64,000 nucleotides of DNA from an uncultured Lentimicrobiaceae bacterium (GCA_964593705.1 CAZQIV010000022.1:1416-65415), one strand, 5' to 3'; shown: positions 1 to 8,809, counted from the first letter of the stretch. Notes: generated by a model not told the origin, from the sequence alone. Made by a program: numbers and translations.

Positions 1-1034
1 CCATTTTTGGATGGTTTGGCCTGGATCATGTATCGCCGTTAAGCACTAACCTTTATGGAATGTTATGTATTTTTTTGGTTGTAGGTGCGTTTATTGGCGC
101 CCTGTTTTCAAAAGAGTTTGCGCTCAGGATACCACCCAAAGGTGAATTAATTAAGGGTTTCATTGGGGGTAGCTTAATGGCTGTTGGTGCTACACTTGGT
201 TTAGGCTGTACTATCGGATCATTTTTTAGTGGTTTGCCGGCTCTCTCGGGAGGGGCAATTATTTTTAGCATTGGATTGTTCCTTGGTGTAATTATCACTT
301 TGAAATACCTGATGTGGGAGCTGGAACATCGTCCACAGTTCAGCACAGGAAAAAGTTACATCTTCCTGGCCGTTTCGGGCAAAAAGGGTACCTGGCAAAA
401 ATGGCTTGGCTGGTTTGCGTTGCTTATTACCTTTATTGTTGCCTACCGTTACTCGGGTAGCAATCAAACCATGGCCTGGTTCATCATCATCGGAATGTTG
501 ATGGGTCTTATTTGTCAGCGCGCCAGATTTTGTATTGTCAAGGCCTTTCGCGATCCCTTTATGACCGGGGAAGCAGACGGATCAGTTGGCGTAATGGCAG
601 GCCTGATGATTGGCTTATTCGGGTTTACAGCCATTAAATACTTTGGCATTGGTGCCGGCGACATGGCATTACGTACCAGGGAAATGACCTGGGTGTTCCC
701 ACATTTCTTTTTCAGAGCAGCAATAGGTGGATTTATTTTCGGGCTGGGAATGACTTTAGCCGGAGGTTGCGCCGTTGGTACGCTTTGGAGGGTTGGCGAA
801 GGACAAGTAAAACTATGGGCTTCAGCTTTGGGTTTTCTACTCATTTCACCCATATCAAAGCTCTTTATCGTCCCTCCCATTGTGGATGCACTTCCACATT
901 GGCTTGATTTCAAAAACTACTTACCCGATTATATCGGATACACAGGCGCATTTGCGCTTATCACGACTATAATCATGCTCTGGTATGTGTTTGTGAAATG
1001 GAACGAAAAAACAGGAAAATTCAGCGCTTATTAA
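1..1034 (+). CDS. YeeE/YedE-family sulfur-compound (thiosulfate-type) transporter, 5' end outside window
   Basis: The frame is open from nt 3 through the listed ATG at 60, so the gene likely starts upstream. Polytopic membrane protein with family-typical Cys motifs GLGCTIGS, RARFCIVKAF and LAGGCAVGT. Confidence 0.8.
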   Translation, partial: IFGWFGLDHVSPLSTNLYGMLCIFLVVGAFIGALFSKEFALRIPPKGELIKGFIGGSLMAVGATLGLGCTIGSFFSGLPALSGGAIIFSIGLFLGVIITLKYLMWELEHRPQFSTGKSYIFLAVSGKKGTWQKWLGWFALLITFIVAYRYSGSNQTMAWFIIIGMLMGLICQRARFCIVKAFRDPFMTGEADGSVGVMAGLMIGLFGFTAIKYFGIGAGDMALRTREMTWVFPHFFFRAAIGGFIFGLGMTLAGGCAVGTLWRVGEGQVKLWASALGFLLISPISKLFIVPPIVDALPHWLDFKNYLPDYIGYTGAFALITTIIMLWYVFVKWNEKTGKFSAY

Positions 1035-1039
1035 TTTGT

Positions 1040-1549
1040 ATGAAATCATTTATATCAAGAATTATGAGAAAACCAATATACCTGATACCTGTCCTTATCC
1101 TGGCAATGGCTTGCAACGGAATATACGAAAACGGGAAAGAGTTGGCAATGGATCTGAAATTTAGTGTAAATCAAATTTCAGTTGAAGACCTCAAAGTAAA
1201 ACTTGAAAACGATGAAGCATTCTACCTCATTGATGTACGGACAAATGCTGAATATGAGGAAGGATTCATCAACGATAAGTATGATTTCAACACCTATTTC
1301 AAACCGGTAATCCTTCCACTTGGTATTCTGGAATTTAAAATTGATGATCCGATTTACTGGGAGGATTTTTATGAAGATGTCCCCGAAAAAGAGTCAACCG
1401 AGATTGTCATTTACAGCCAGAACGGCGACCGTGGACTCCTGGCAGCCAACACTTTGCTTCAACTCGGATATAAAAATATTAGTAATCTTGATGGTGGCTA
1501 TGATAAATGGCTATCGCTTATTGGAAAAACTGAAGGAGCTGGAGAATAA
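1040..1549 (+). CDS. Rhodanese-like domain lipoprotein (canonical active-site Cys replaced by Ser)
   Basis: Signal peptide with lipobox LAMAC (alternative ATG at 1064). Rhodanese motifs FYLIDVRTNAEYEEGFI, IVIYSQNGDRG and LDGGYDKW. The loop position that normally holds Cys reads Ser. Confidence 0.75.
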   Translation: MKSFISRIMRKPIYLIPVLILAMACNGIYENGKELAMDLKFSVNQISVEDLKVKLENDEAFYLIDVRTNAEYEEGFINDKYDFNTYFKPVILPLGILEFKIDDPIYWEDFYEDVPEKESTEIVIYSQNGDRGLLAANTLLQLGYKNISNLDGGYDKWLSLIGKTEGAGE

Positions 1550-1585
1550 TTGAAAGCCGTGGAGATAAATAGTTATCCATACAAA

Positions 1586-2116
1586 ATGAATAAGAACATG
1601 AAAAATAATCATACAAGCTATATTAAATCCTACCGGGAGCTGGGTTTATTTATCGGATTATTCCTGTTTCTTTTAACAGGATGTGAACAGAAAATTCACT
1701 ATCAAAGTCTGGATGAAATGGTCGCAGATGCGAAATCAAGCGTAAGTTCTATTTCGGTTGAAGAATTCAAAACATTATTGGATTCAGGCAAGGAAATTAA
1801 GATTGTCGATTGTCGCCAGGGTGAAGACTTTATCGAAGCACATATCCCGGGAGCTGTAAATGTTTCGCGCGGAATGATCGGGTTTTCCGATGACTTAAGT
1901 AACAGAAGGGATGATATCTATATCTATGGTTACATTGATGGATGTTCAGCGCTTGCCGCTAAGACGCTTCATAAATTAAAATACAAACAAGTAAAAATGG
2001 TCGAAAACGGATGGGATGGATGGCAAAAAACATTTCCCGAAATTTTTGAAGAAGGAGGCGATGGATCCGTGAAAAAAGAAGCACCTGTTATAGAATCGGG
2101 TGGCTGTGGAGGATAA
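1586..2116 (+). CDS. Rhodanese-like domain lipoprotein with C-terminal GGCGG tail
   Basis: The ORF-track start at 1550 is TTG; the first ATGs are at 1586 and 1598. Lipobox LLTGC. Rhodanese motifs IKIVDCRQGEDFIEAHIPGAVNV and IYIYGYIDGCSALAAKTL. The protein ends ESGGCGG-stop (nt 2099-2116). Confidence 0.75.
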   Translation: MNKNMKNNHTSYIKSYRELGLFIGLFLFLLTGCEQKIHYQSLDEMVADAKSSVSSISVEEFKTLLDSGKEIKIVDCRQGEDFIEAHIPGAVNVSRGMIGFSDDLSNRRDDIYIYGYIDGCSALAAKTLHKLKYKQVKMVENGWDGWQKTFPEIFEEGGDGSVKKEAPVIESGGCGG

Positions 2117-2215
2117 TTTAATGTTCGTCATTGAAGTAACAAAAACCTGATTGACGATTTATGATTAACGATTAACGATTTATGATTGCAGATGTAATAA
2201 ATACTTAACGTAATA

Positions 2216-2363
2216 ATTTAGGTGGAGCTATTATTTACCAAATTCTTATGACCCCATCCCCGACCCTTCCCCTCGAGGGGAAGGGAGACCAGCCGCACAA
2301 ACGACTGCAGTAGCCAGTGTGGTAGCATTCTCCCCCTCAAGGGGGAGTTAGAGGGGGTCAATG
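2216..2363 (+). repeat. Structured intergenic repeat, ATGACCCC family, copy 1
   Basis: Shares termini (taggtgg...accaaat..tATGACCCCatcc ... gagttagagggggtcaatg) with the reverse complement of 56443-56580. Shares core architecture with 51091-51179. Contains the perfect palindrome cccttcccctcgaggggaaggg and the hairpin ccccctcaaggggg. Confidence 0.8.
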
Positions 2364-2444
2364 ATAGAAGCCACATGATTAGATTTGATAGTAAGTTGCT
2401 AAATAATTACTACTTAACAATACAAACAATAAAAATAAAAAATT

Positions 2445-2858
2445 ATGGCAAAATTATGCATGGGACTATTCTCAGGTGGTCTCGACAAATTAACAGCTGC
2501 AGGAGTTATTCTAAGTGGTGCAGCAGCCGATGATATGGATATTGAAGTTTTTGTACTGCTCCAGGGAGCACGTGCATTTCTTAAAGGCAACGAAAACAAA
2601 ATCGACAATGTAGCTGAAGCTACTCATTTAAAAGAGGAATTTATCAAATCATTAGAAAAGCTGAATGTATCAACGTGGTACGAATTCTTTTCGATGGCGA
2701 AAGAGATGACCAACGTAAAGGTACACATCTGCAGTCTTGCCGGAAAAATTTGGGGTGGTGAAAAACTTGACGACTTCAACGACTTGGTGGATGACCTTTG
2801 TGGTATTGGCGAATACCTTACTTCCGCCGAAGAATCAGACATTCATATTTTTGTATAA
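2445..2858 (+). CDS. DsrE/DsrF-like sulfur-relay family protein
   Basis: 137 aa, N-terminal GLFSGGLDKL and VHICSLAG Cys motif typical of DsrE-like (COG2210-type) proteins. Sits directly upstream of a TusA gene. Confidence 0.65.
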   Translation: MAKLCMGLFSGGLDKLTAAGVILSGAAADDMDIEVFVLLQGARAFLKGNENKIDNVAEATHLKEEFIKSLEKLNVSTWYEFFSMAKEMTNVKVHICSLAGKIWGGEKLDDFNDLVDDLCGIGEYLTSAEESDIHIFV

Positions 2859-2877
2859 ATCTTAAAATTTAAACATC

Positions 2878-3129
2878 ATGACACAAGAAGAATTAAAAGC
2901 AATTAAAGTTACTAAAATTGTAGATGCAAGAGGAACGGCATGCCCGGGACCTCTACTGGAAGCAAAAAAAGCCATCGGCACCATTGCATCAGGCGAAATT
3001 ATGGAAATACTCTCAGCCGATGAAGGCACAAAACGCGATATCCCAAAATGGGCAGGCAAAAAAGGGCACGAATATCTCGGAACAGTCGAGGAGTCGGGCT
3101 ACTTTAAAATCTATCTCAAAAAGGGCTAA
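2878..3129 (+). CDS. TusA/SirA-family sulfurtransferase
   Basis: 83 aa with the signature DARGTACPGPLLEAKKAI (CPxP motif). Confidence 0.85.
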   Translation: MTQEELKAIKVTKIVDARGTACPGPLLEAKKAIGTIASGEIMEILSADEGTKRDIPKWAGKKGHEYLGTVEESGYFKIYLKKG

Positions 3130-3135
3130 GCCGCG

Positions 3136-3528
3136 ATGGAAACGACTAATTCTGCTCCCAAAATACTTGTATTTTCAACGGAAAAGATTTCAGACCCCGC
3201 TATTGATTTAGCGGGATTACTGAAACAACATTATCCACCTACGGTGCTTACTGTAAATGTCCCTTGTTCGAGTGCAATTAAGCCCAGGTGGATACTCCAT
3301 GCTTTCGAAAAAGGTTTCGATGGAGTTTTCATTGCAGCAGATGGAACAGATTGTTCATTTAGCGAAAGCTGTACCGAAAAAACCGGGGAATTGGTAGGCA
3401 TCACCCATAAATTGATGGAGAAAAAGGGCATTGAACCTTCCCGCCTGAAAATGGCGGCAATATGTTCAGTCTGCTCCGAACCTTTTGTGAAACACATGAA
3501 AAATTTTGTAACTGCCCTATCTGCTTAA
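3136..3528 (+). CDS. MvhD/FlpD-like hydrogenase iron-sulfur (delta) subunit domain protein
   Basis: 130 aa. Cys pattern VPCSS, DGTDCSFSESC and AICSVCS, and FDGVFIAADGTDC, typical of MvhD-type proteins that partner HdrA. Confidence 0.7.
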   Translation: METTNSAPKILVFSTEKISDPAIDLAGLLKQHYPPTVLTVNVPCSSAIKPRWILHAFEKGFDGVFIAADGTDCSFSESCTEKTGELVGITHKLMEKKGIEPSRLKMAAICSVCSEPFVKHMKNFVTALSA

Positions 3529-3583
3529 AACTGGCGACATTATTCGGAAAACGATTTTCTCAACATAAAACGGCCAATAAAAC

Positions 3584-4876
3584 ATGACAAAACCAAACAA
3601 ATTTGATGCTTTAGTAATTGGAGGAGGTATTGCCGGCGAGGAGGCTGCATTAAACCTTGCTAACCTCGGCTACAGTGTGATCCTTGTCGAAAAGGATTAT
3701 TCGCTGGGAGGCAAAATGATACATCTCAGCAAGGTGTTTCCTACCCTCGATTGTGCGGCATGTATTACCACACCAAAGGTCTCGGAAACATCCAGACACC
3801 CAAACATTACAATTTACACACATTCAGTAATCGAAAACATTGTAAAGCACAGCGAAAACAATTTTACGGCCAACCTGGTTGAAAAGCCAAGGTATGTTAC
3901 CAGCGATTGCACCGGGTGTCAGCTATGCGAGGACAAATGCCCGGTTGTGGTTGATGACCAATATCAATACGACCTGGTTGGGAGAAAAGCTGTTTACGTT
4001 CCCTTTAGCATTGCTAATCCAAGGATTGCGGCCATCGATATCGACAACTGCATTTTGTGTGGTGCTTGCGAGAAAGTGTGCCCGGCGAATGCCATCGACT
4101 TTTCGCAGGAGGATATAGTGACTGAAATTAACGTTGCTTCTGTAGTTTTTGCTACTGGTTTTAAACTTTTCGATCCTACCCTTATTCCGCGTTATGGTTT
4201 TGGTAAGTTTAAAAATGTGCTTACTGCAATGCAGATGGAGCGACAGTTGGTTCCTACCAGGCCCTTCAATACAGTGTTGCGTCCCAAAGACGGCAAGATG
4301 CCGGATAACATCGCCTACGTGCTTTGTGTCGGTTCCCGCGATGAAACCGTGGGGAATCCGATTTGCTCGCAGGTGTGTTGCATGTATTCAACCAAACAGG
4401 CTCAACTTTTAATGGGTGCCTTGCCTATGGCCGATGTTACCATTTACTATTTGCATGTCAGGGCTTTTGGGAAAGGGTTTTGTGAATTTTACCAGCAGGC
4501 CAAAGGAATGGGCGTTGAATTTGTTAAAGCCAAAATTGGAAGAATCGATGAAAAAGAAGATGGGAATCTGCTGTTGAGGTACGAGGATTTCGAAGATGGT
4601 AAGGTTAAAGAAGCAGAACATGATCTTGTGGTATTATCGGTAGGGATTTTGGCCAATACCGATTTTTCGGGCATGTTCAAAAATGAAGCTATCAAACATG
4701 ACGATTTCAATTATATCAAACAGATTGATGAATTATGTTGTCCGGCAAAAACCAGCGTAGACGGTATTTTTGTTGCAGGCACAGCATCCGGGCCAATGGA
4801 CATCCCCGATTCAATACTCTCGGCCGGCGCAGCATCGGCTGAAACAGCAAGCTATATAAGAGGAGGTAAAAAATGA
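3584..4876 (+). CDS. HdrA-like FAD/FeS oxidoreductase, QmoA-like
   Basis: FAD fold VIGGGIAGEEAALNLANLG. Two ferredoxin motifs CTGCQLCEDKCP and CILCGACEKVCP. HdrA-type CSQVCC. The ~430 aa size matches QmoA-type proteins. Confidence 0.8.
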   Translation: MTKPNKFDALVIGGGIAGEEAALNLANLGYSVILVEKDYSLGGKMIHLSKVFPTLDCAACITTPKVSETSRHPNITIYTHSVIENIVKHSENNFTANLVEKPRYVTSDCTGCQLCEDKCPVVVDDQYQYDLVGRKAVYVPFSIANPRIAAIDIDNCILCGACEKVCPANAIDFSQEDIVTEINVASVVFATGFKLFDPTLIPRYGFGKFKNVLTAMQMERQLVPTRPFNTVLRPKDGKMPDNIAYVLCVGSRDETVGNPICSQVCCMYSTKQAQLLMGALPMADVTIYYLHVRAFGKGFCEFYQQAKGMGVEFVKAKIGRIDEKEDGNLLLRYEDFEDGKVKEAEHDLVVLSVGILANTDFSGMFKNEAIKHDDFNYIKQIDELCCPAKTSVDGIFVAGTASGPMDIPDSILSAGAASAETASYIRGGKK

Positions 4877-6807
4877 AAAGTAAAATTGGCGTTTACATTT
4901 GCCAGTGTGGTTCCAATATTTCCGATTATGTAGATGTGGATAAGGTGAGCCAGATTGTAGAGCAGTTGGAGGGTGTGGAGCTTTCGAAAATAACCATGTT
5001 TGCGTGTGCCGATTCCACACAGCAAGAAATGGTAAGCGACATAAAGGAAAAAAAACTTGATGCTATGGTTGTGGCATCATGTTCACCCAAACTGCACCTC
5101 GACACTTTCAGGAACGTAGCCATCAGGGCTGGTTTAAACCCATACAATTATGTGCAGGTTAACATACGCGAACAATGCTCGTGGGCACACTCTGATAAGC
5201 CGGCTGAAGCAACTGAAAAAGCAATTCGGCTAATCAAAAGCGGCATCGCCAGGGTTAAATATTCTCAGGCTTTAACAAAGATGACCATTTCGGCAGTAAA
5301 TGTAGTGGTAGTTGTAGGCGCCGGAATTGCCGGGATGCGTGCCGCCATCGAACTCGCTGATATGGGGTCGTACGTGTATTTGCTCGAAAGGGAATACTTT
5401 GTCGGTGGCCGCGCAGCACAATGGAACGAATTATTCACGACCAATGAAACCGGACGTGAAGTGATTACCAAACTCTACAACAAAATCATGGGGTACGACA
5501 GGATCACTCTTTTTACCGGGGCTGAAATTATTTCGAGTAAAGGAAGTGTGGGTAATTTTGATATACAGGTAGAAATAAAAGCGAGGCATATCAAACCAAA
5601 TTGCAAGCTTGATTGGGACAAATTTAAAAAAGCAGTTGATGTTTGTCCGGTTGAATTTGATGACCCGTTTAATTTTGGGCTCACAAAGCAAAAGGCGATT
5701 TACAAAAATTACCCAAGTGAGTTTCCGAAAATTCCTGCTATCGATACCGAGCATTGCACCAGATGCGGCAAATGCGTAGATATTTGTGACAAGATTGACC
5801 TGGATCAAAAAAATGAAATTGTAACTATTACGGCCGGCGCATATCTTTTAGCTACAGGCTTTGATCCTTATGAGCCTAAAAAAGGCGAATTTGGATACCA
5901 TGAAATCGACAATGTGGTAACACTTCAACAACTTAAACGAATGATTGAGTTGAATGAAAATGAGTTGATATACCACGGGGAAAAAATTAAAAACATCGCT
6001 TACATCTATTGTGTAGGAAGCCGTCAGTCGAAAGGAGAAAATAAATACTGCTCACGCTATTGTTGTAGTTCGGCCATTCACACAGCCATCCTGATTAAAG
6101 AAAAATATGCTGGAATAAATAACTTCCACTTTAACCGGGGCATCAGGACGTATGGTAAACAGGAGCTGCTTTTCAAACAAGCTTCAACCAATGGTGATAT
6201 TTTCCTTCAGTCGTTTGAGGAGGATCCCCCTTCGATTGAAAAAGTAAATGGCACAACCAGGGTTAAAATTAACGATTTCCTAACCCAGGGAATGGAATTG
6301 GAAACTGAAGCCGACCTGGTGGTGCTGGTAACCGGAATGGTTCCACGTCAGAAGGACACTATCGGAAACATCCTGAAAGTACCCATTGGGCGCGACAAGT
6401 TTTATAACGAAATCCATCCCAAACTTCGTCCCGTAGAAACAGTGATTGATGGGATACACATTGCAGGTGCATGCCAGGGACCGAAAAACATCACCGAATC
6501 GGTAAACTCAGCATTATCCGCCGCAGTCAAAGCCGACTCATTGGTAGGCAAGGAAAAAATTGAACTTGAGCCAACCATGGCTAAAATTGATCCGGGTTTA
6601 TGCGTATGGTGCGACAAATGCGCCGCGGCCTGTCCCTACGATGCAATTACTAAAAGTGATAAAAATGGTAAGGCTATAGCAGATGTTAACAGCGCAAACT
6701 GCAAAGGATGCGGAATGTGTCTGCCGGTTTGCCCGGAAAATGCAATACAACTTATTGGCTATACCGATGTCGAAATGGAAAGTATGATCGAAGCATTGGT
6801 ATCGTAA
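4873..6807 (+). CDS. HdrA-like FAD/FeS oxidoreductase, QmoB/HdrA-like
   Basis: Start overlaps the upstream stop (ATGA). N-terminal IGVYICQCGSNI domain, FAD fold VVVGAGIAGMRAAIELADMG, CSRYCCSS, and three CxxCxxCxxxC motifs (CTRCGKCVDIC, CVWCDKCAAACP, CKGCGMCLPVCP). Confidence 0.8.
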   Translation: MKSKIGVYICQCGSNISDYVDVDKVSQIVEQLEGVELSKITMFACADSTQQEMVSDIKEKKLDAMVVASCSPKLHLDTFRNVAIRAGLNPYNYVQVNIREQCSWAHSDKPAEATEKAIRLIKSGIARVKYSQALTKMTISAVNVVVVVGAGIAGMRAAIELADMGSYVYLLEREYFVGGRAAQWNELFTTNETGREVITKLYNKIMGYDRITLFTGAEIISSKGSVGNFDIQVEIKARHIKPNCKLDWDKFKKAVDVCPVEFDDPFNFGLTKQKAIYKNYPSEFPKIPAIDTEHCTRCGKCVDICDKIDLDQKNEIVTITAGAYLLATGFDPYEPKKGEFGYHEIDNVVTLQQLKRMIELNENELIYHGEKIKNIAYIYCVGSRQSKGENKYCSRYCCSSAIHTAILIKEKYAGINNFHFNRGIRTYGKQELLFKQASTNGDIFLQSFEEDPPSIEKVNGTTRVKINDFLTQGMELETEADLVVLVTGMVPRQKDTIGNILKVPIGRDKFYNEIHPKLRPVETVIDGIHIAGACQGPKNITESVNSALSAAVKADSLVGKEKIELEPTMAKIDPGLCVWCDKCAAACPYDAITKSDKNGKAIADVNSANCKGCGMCLPVCPENAIQLIGYTDVEMESMIEALVS

Positions 6808-6845
6808 TCGGTTGTTTTAACTGAAACAGCATATCGAAAGGAAAA

Positions 6846-7118
6846 ATGGAAAAGACAATAGATATTATCAAAGAAAAAAGGACAGTTCCCGAAGCGCTTA
6901 AAAGCAGGGTTAAAGAGGTAAACAAAATTAAGAGAGCGATAAAAAACGCACTGAAGGAGGAGCCTAAAACCATACCGCAGATTGCTCAGGAAACAGAACT
7001 TCCCCAGGACATAATTACTTATTACCTGATGACAATGAGGAAATTTGGAGAGCTTGAAACTGATGAGATTGATGATATGGATGAATACTTTACGTATAAA
7101 TTAACCACTAAGAAATAA
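6846..7118 (+). CDS. Small acidic hypothetical protein, possible winged-helix fold
   Basis: 90-aa ORF tightly packed between the two flanking cluster genes. The segment PKTIPQIAQETELPQDIITYYLMTMRKFGELE looks HTH-like. No recognised family. Confidence 0.4.
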   Translation: MEKTIDIIKEKRTVPEALKSRVKEVNKIKRAIKNALKEEPKTIPQIAQETELPQDIITYYLMTMRKFGELETDEIDDMDEYFTYKLTTKK

Positions 7119-7123
7119 GCATA

Positions 7124-8275
7124 ATGTCGAAAATTAATCCGGGCTTTGCAAATGAACTTAAGGAATTCGGGGCACTAGATTTCAATGCCTGTTACAACTG
7201 CGGCAATTGCACGGCAGTTTGTTCCCTGTCGGATAGCGACAATTCCTTTCCCAGAAAAATGATACGCTACAGTGTTTTGGGTTTGGAAGATGAAATACAG
7301 GCCTCTGTAGATCCATGGCTGTGCTATTACTGTGGCGAGTGTAGCGAATCCTGCCCGAAAGGTGCTAATCCGGGAGAATTGATGATGTCGCTGCGAAGAT
7401 ACCTGACCTCAAAATACGACTGGACCGGTTTGGCAGGAAAATTATATACTTCAAAAGTTTGGGAGTTTGGTACTATTATAGTTTTAGCAGCTGTGATCCT
7501 GCTACTGTTCGTAGTTTATCATGGCCCGATGACAACAGAATTAACATCCGAAGGCGGAGTAAAACTCAACACTTTTGCGCCCTGGAAACAGGTTGAAATA
7601 GGCGATTGGATCATGGCGGGTTTACTATCCTTTTTCCTGGTTACAAACATTTTTAATATGTACTTAAAAATGATCTGGAAGGATAAAACACTAAAAATTC
7701 CAATAAAGATCTACTTCAAAGAATTCTGGAAAATAATCCTGCATTTTTTCACCCAATGGCAATTCTCGAAATGCGACAGCCTTGAAACTAAAAAATCATT
7801 TAATATAAGTACCTACTGGGTAATCCACTTTTTGTTGATGACGAGTTATGTACTGATGTTTACATTGATCGTGGTTTTCCTGGGTTGGTTTCAAACAGAC
7901 AACATCTACGCCTGGTGGCATCCTCAAAGACTTTTGGGTTACTATGCAACCATTGGACTAACCTTGGGTGTTGTTTACTTTTTTTATGAACGATTAAAGA
8001 AAAACAACGAAAAAAGCAAACACTCCCACATCACCGACTGGACATTTTTAGTGCTTCTTTTTCTTACTACCATCTCAGGAATCCTGGTTCATATTTTTAG
8101 GATTTATGGGATGCCATACGAAACTTACTACATGTATGTTTTCCACATCATGGTGCTTTTCCCAATGCTGATGATTGAGGTACCTTTCTCCAAATGGTCA
8201 CATCTGGCGTACAGGCCGTTTGCAATTTATTTTAATACGGTAGCAAATGCTGCCAGGAAAATAGCCTTAAAATGA
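7124..8275 (+). CDS. Membrane FeS subunit, QmoC-like (HdrC-like di-cluster domain fused to a multi-TM HdrE/NarI-like domain)
   Basis: N-terminal CYNCGNCTAVCS and CYYCGECSESCP motifs followed by about six hydrophobic helices containing conserved His residues. 383 aa. Confidence 0.7.
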   Translation: MSKINPGFANELKEFGALDFNACYNCGNCTAVCSLSDSDNSFPRKMIRYSVLGLEDEIQASVDPWLCYYCGECSESCPKGANPGELMMSLRRYLTSKYDWTGLAGKLYTSKVWEFGTIIVLAAVILLLFVVYHGPMTTELTSEGGVKLNTFAPWKQVEIGDWIMAGLLSFFLVTNIFNMYLKMIWKDKTLKIPIKIYFKEFWKIILHFFTQWQFSKCDSLETKKSFNISTYWVIHFLLMTSYVLMFTLIVVFLGWFQTDNIYAWWHPQRLLGYYATIGLTLGVVYFFYERLKKNNEKSKHSHITDWTFLVLLFLTTISGILVHIFRIYGMPYETYYMYVFHIMVLFPMLMIEVPFSKWSHLAYRPFAIYFNTVANAARKIALK

Positions 8276-8324
8276 AAAATATAAATATCCAAACATTTTG
8301 TTCGATGACTTAACGAAACATAAA

Positions 8325-8720
8325 ATGAAAAGCAATAAAAGCAGCTACGCACTTTTAACAACATTGATGTTTCCGTATGAAAGGATTTTTATATGTGGAA
8401 CCATGATGGAAGCCGGAATTAAAACCTGGTCGGAAGAGTGTATTTGTGATGCTGAAAATCCATTTTTCGAAGGTCGCAGTCCTTTGATTAACATTTATGT
8501 AAACAGCCAGAATTTTGCAATGGCATCCAGAATTTTAGGAAAGACAAAATGCTATAAACGTTTCAGGGTTGACACATACTGCGACCCGGAGATAAAAGAT
8601 CAGGTCATCGCTCCCCGCAACACAGACAGGAAGATTTGCAGATATTGTTTTTTTACATGGCTCGTTTTGTTTGGTTCGGTAGTAGCCAGCATTCTTAGGT
8701 CGGTACACTTTTCGATTTAG
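8325..8720 (+). CDS. Hypothetical protein
   Basis: The ORF-track start is TTG at 8298; the first ATG is at 8325. No recognised motif, so coding status is uncertain. Confidence 0.3.
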   Translation: MKSNKSSYALLTTLMFPYERIFICGTMMEAGIKTWSEECICDAENPFFEGRSPLINIYVNSQNFAMASRILGKTKCYKRFRVDTYCDPEIKDQVIAPRNTDRKICRYCFFTWLVLFGSVVASILRSVHFSI

Positions 8721-8729
8721 TGTCAAAAC

Positions 8730-8809
8730 CTAACTTGGACAAGCCAAAACCAAACAAGGTAATCATGTAAAACTTATGGTGTATTCCTGTTTTGGTTTGT
8801 CCAAGTTAG
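8730..8809. other. Long imperfect stem-loop
   Basis: ctaacttggacaagccaaaac...(loop)...gttttggtttgtccaagttag, with 13 plus 7 paired bases, just after the end of the sulfur cluster. Confidence 0.6.

Noticed and set aside
3584-6807. Selenocysteine (in-frame TGA) in the HdrA-like proteins, as occurs in some HdrA homologs
   Set aside because: Both ORFs are uninterrupted and the only TGA is the terminal stop of the first gene. No SECIS-like requirement arises.
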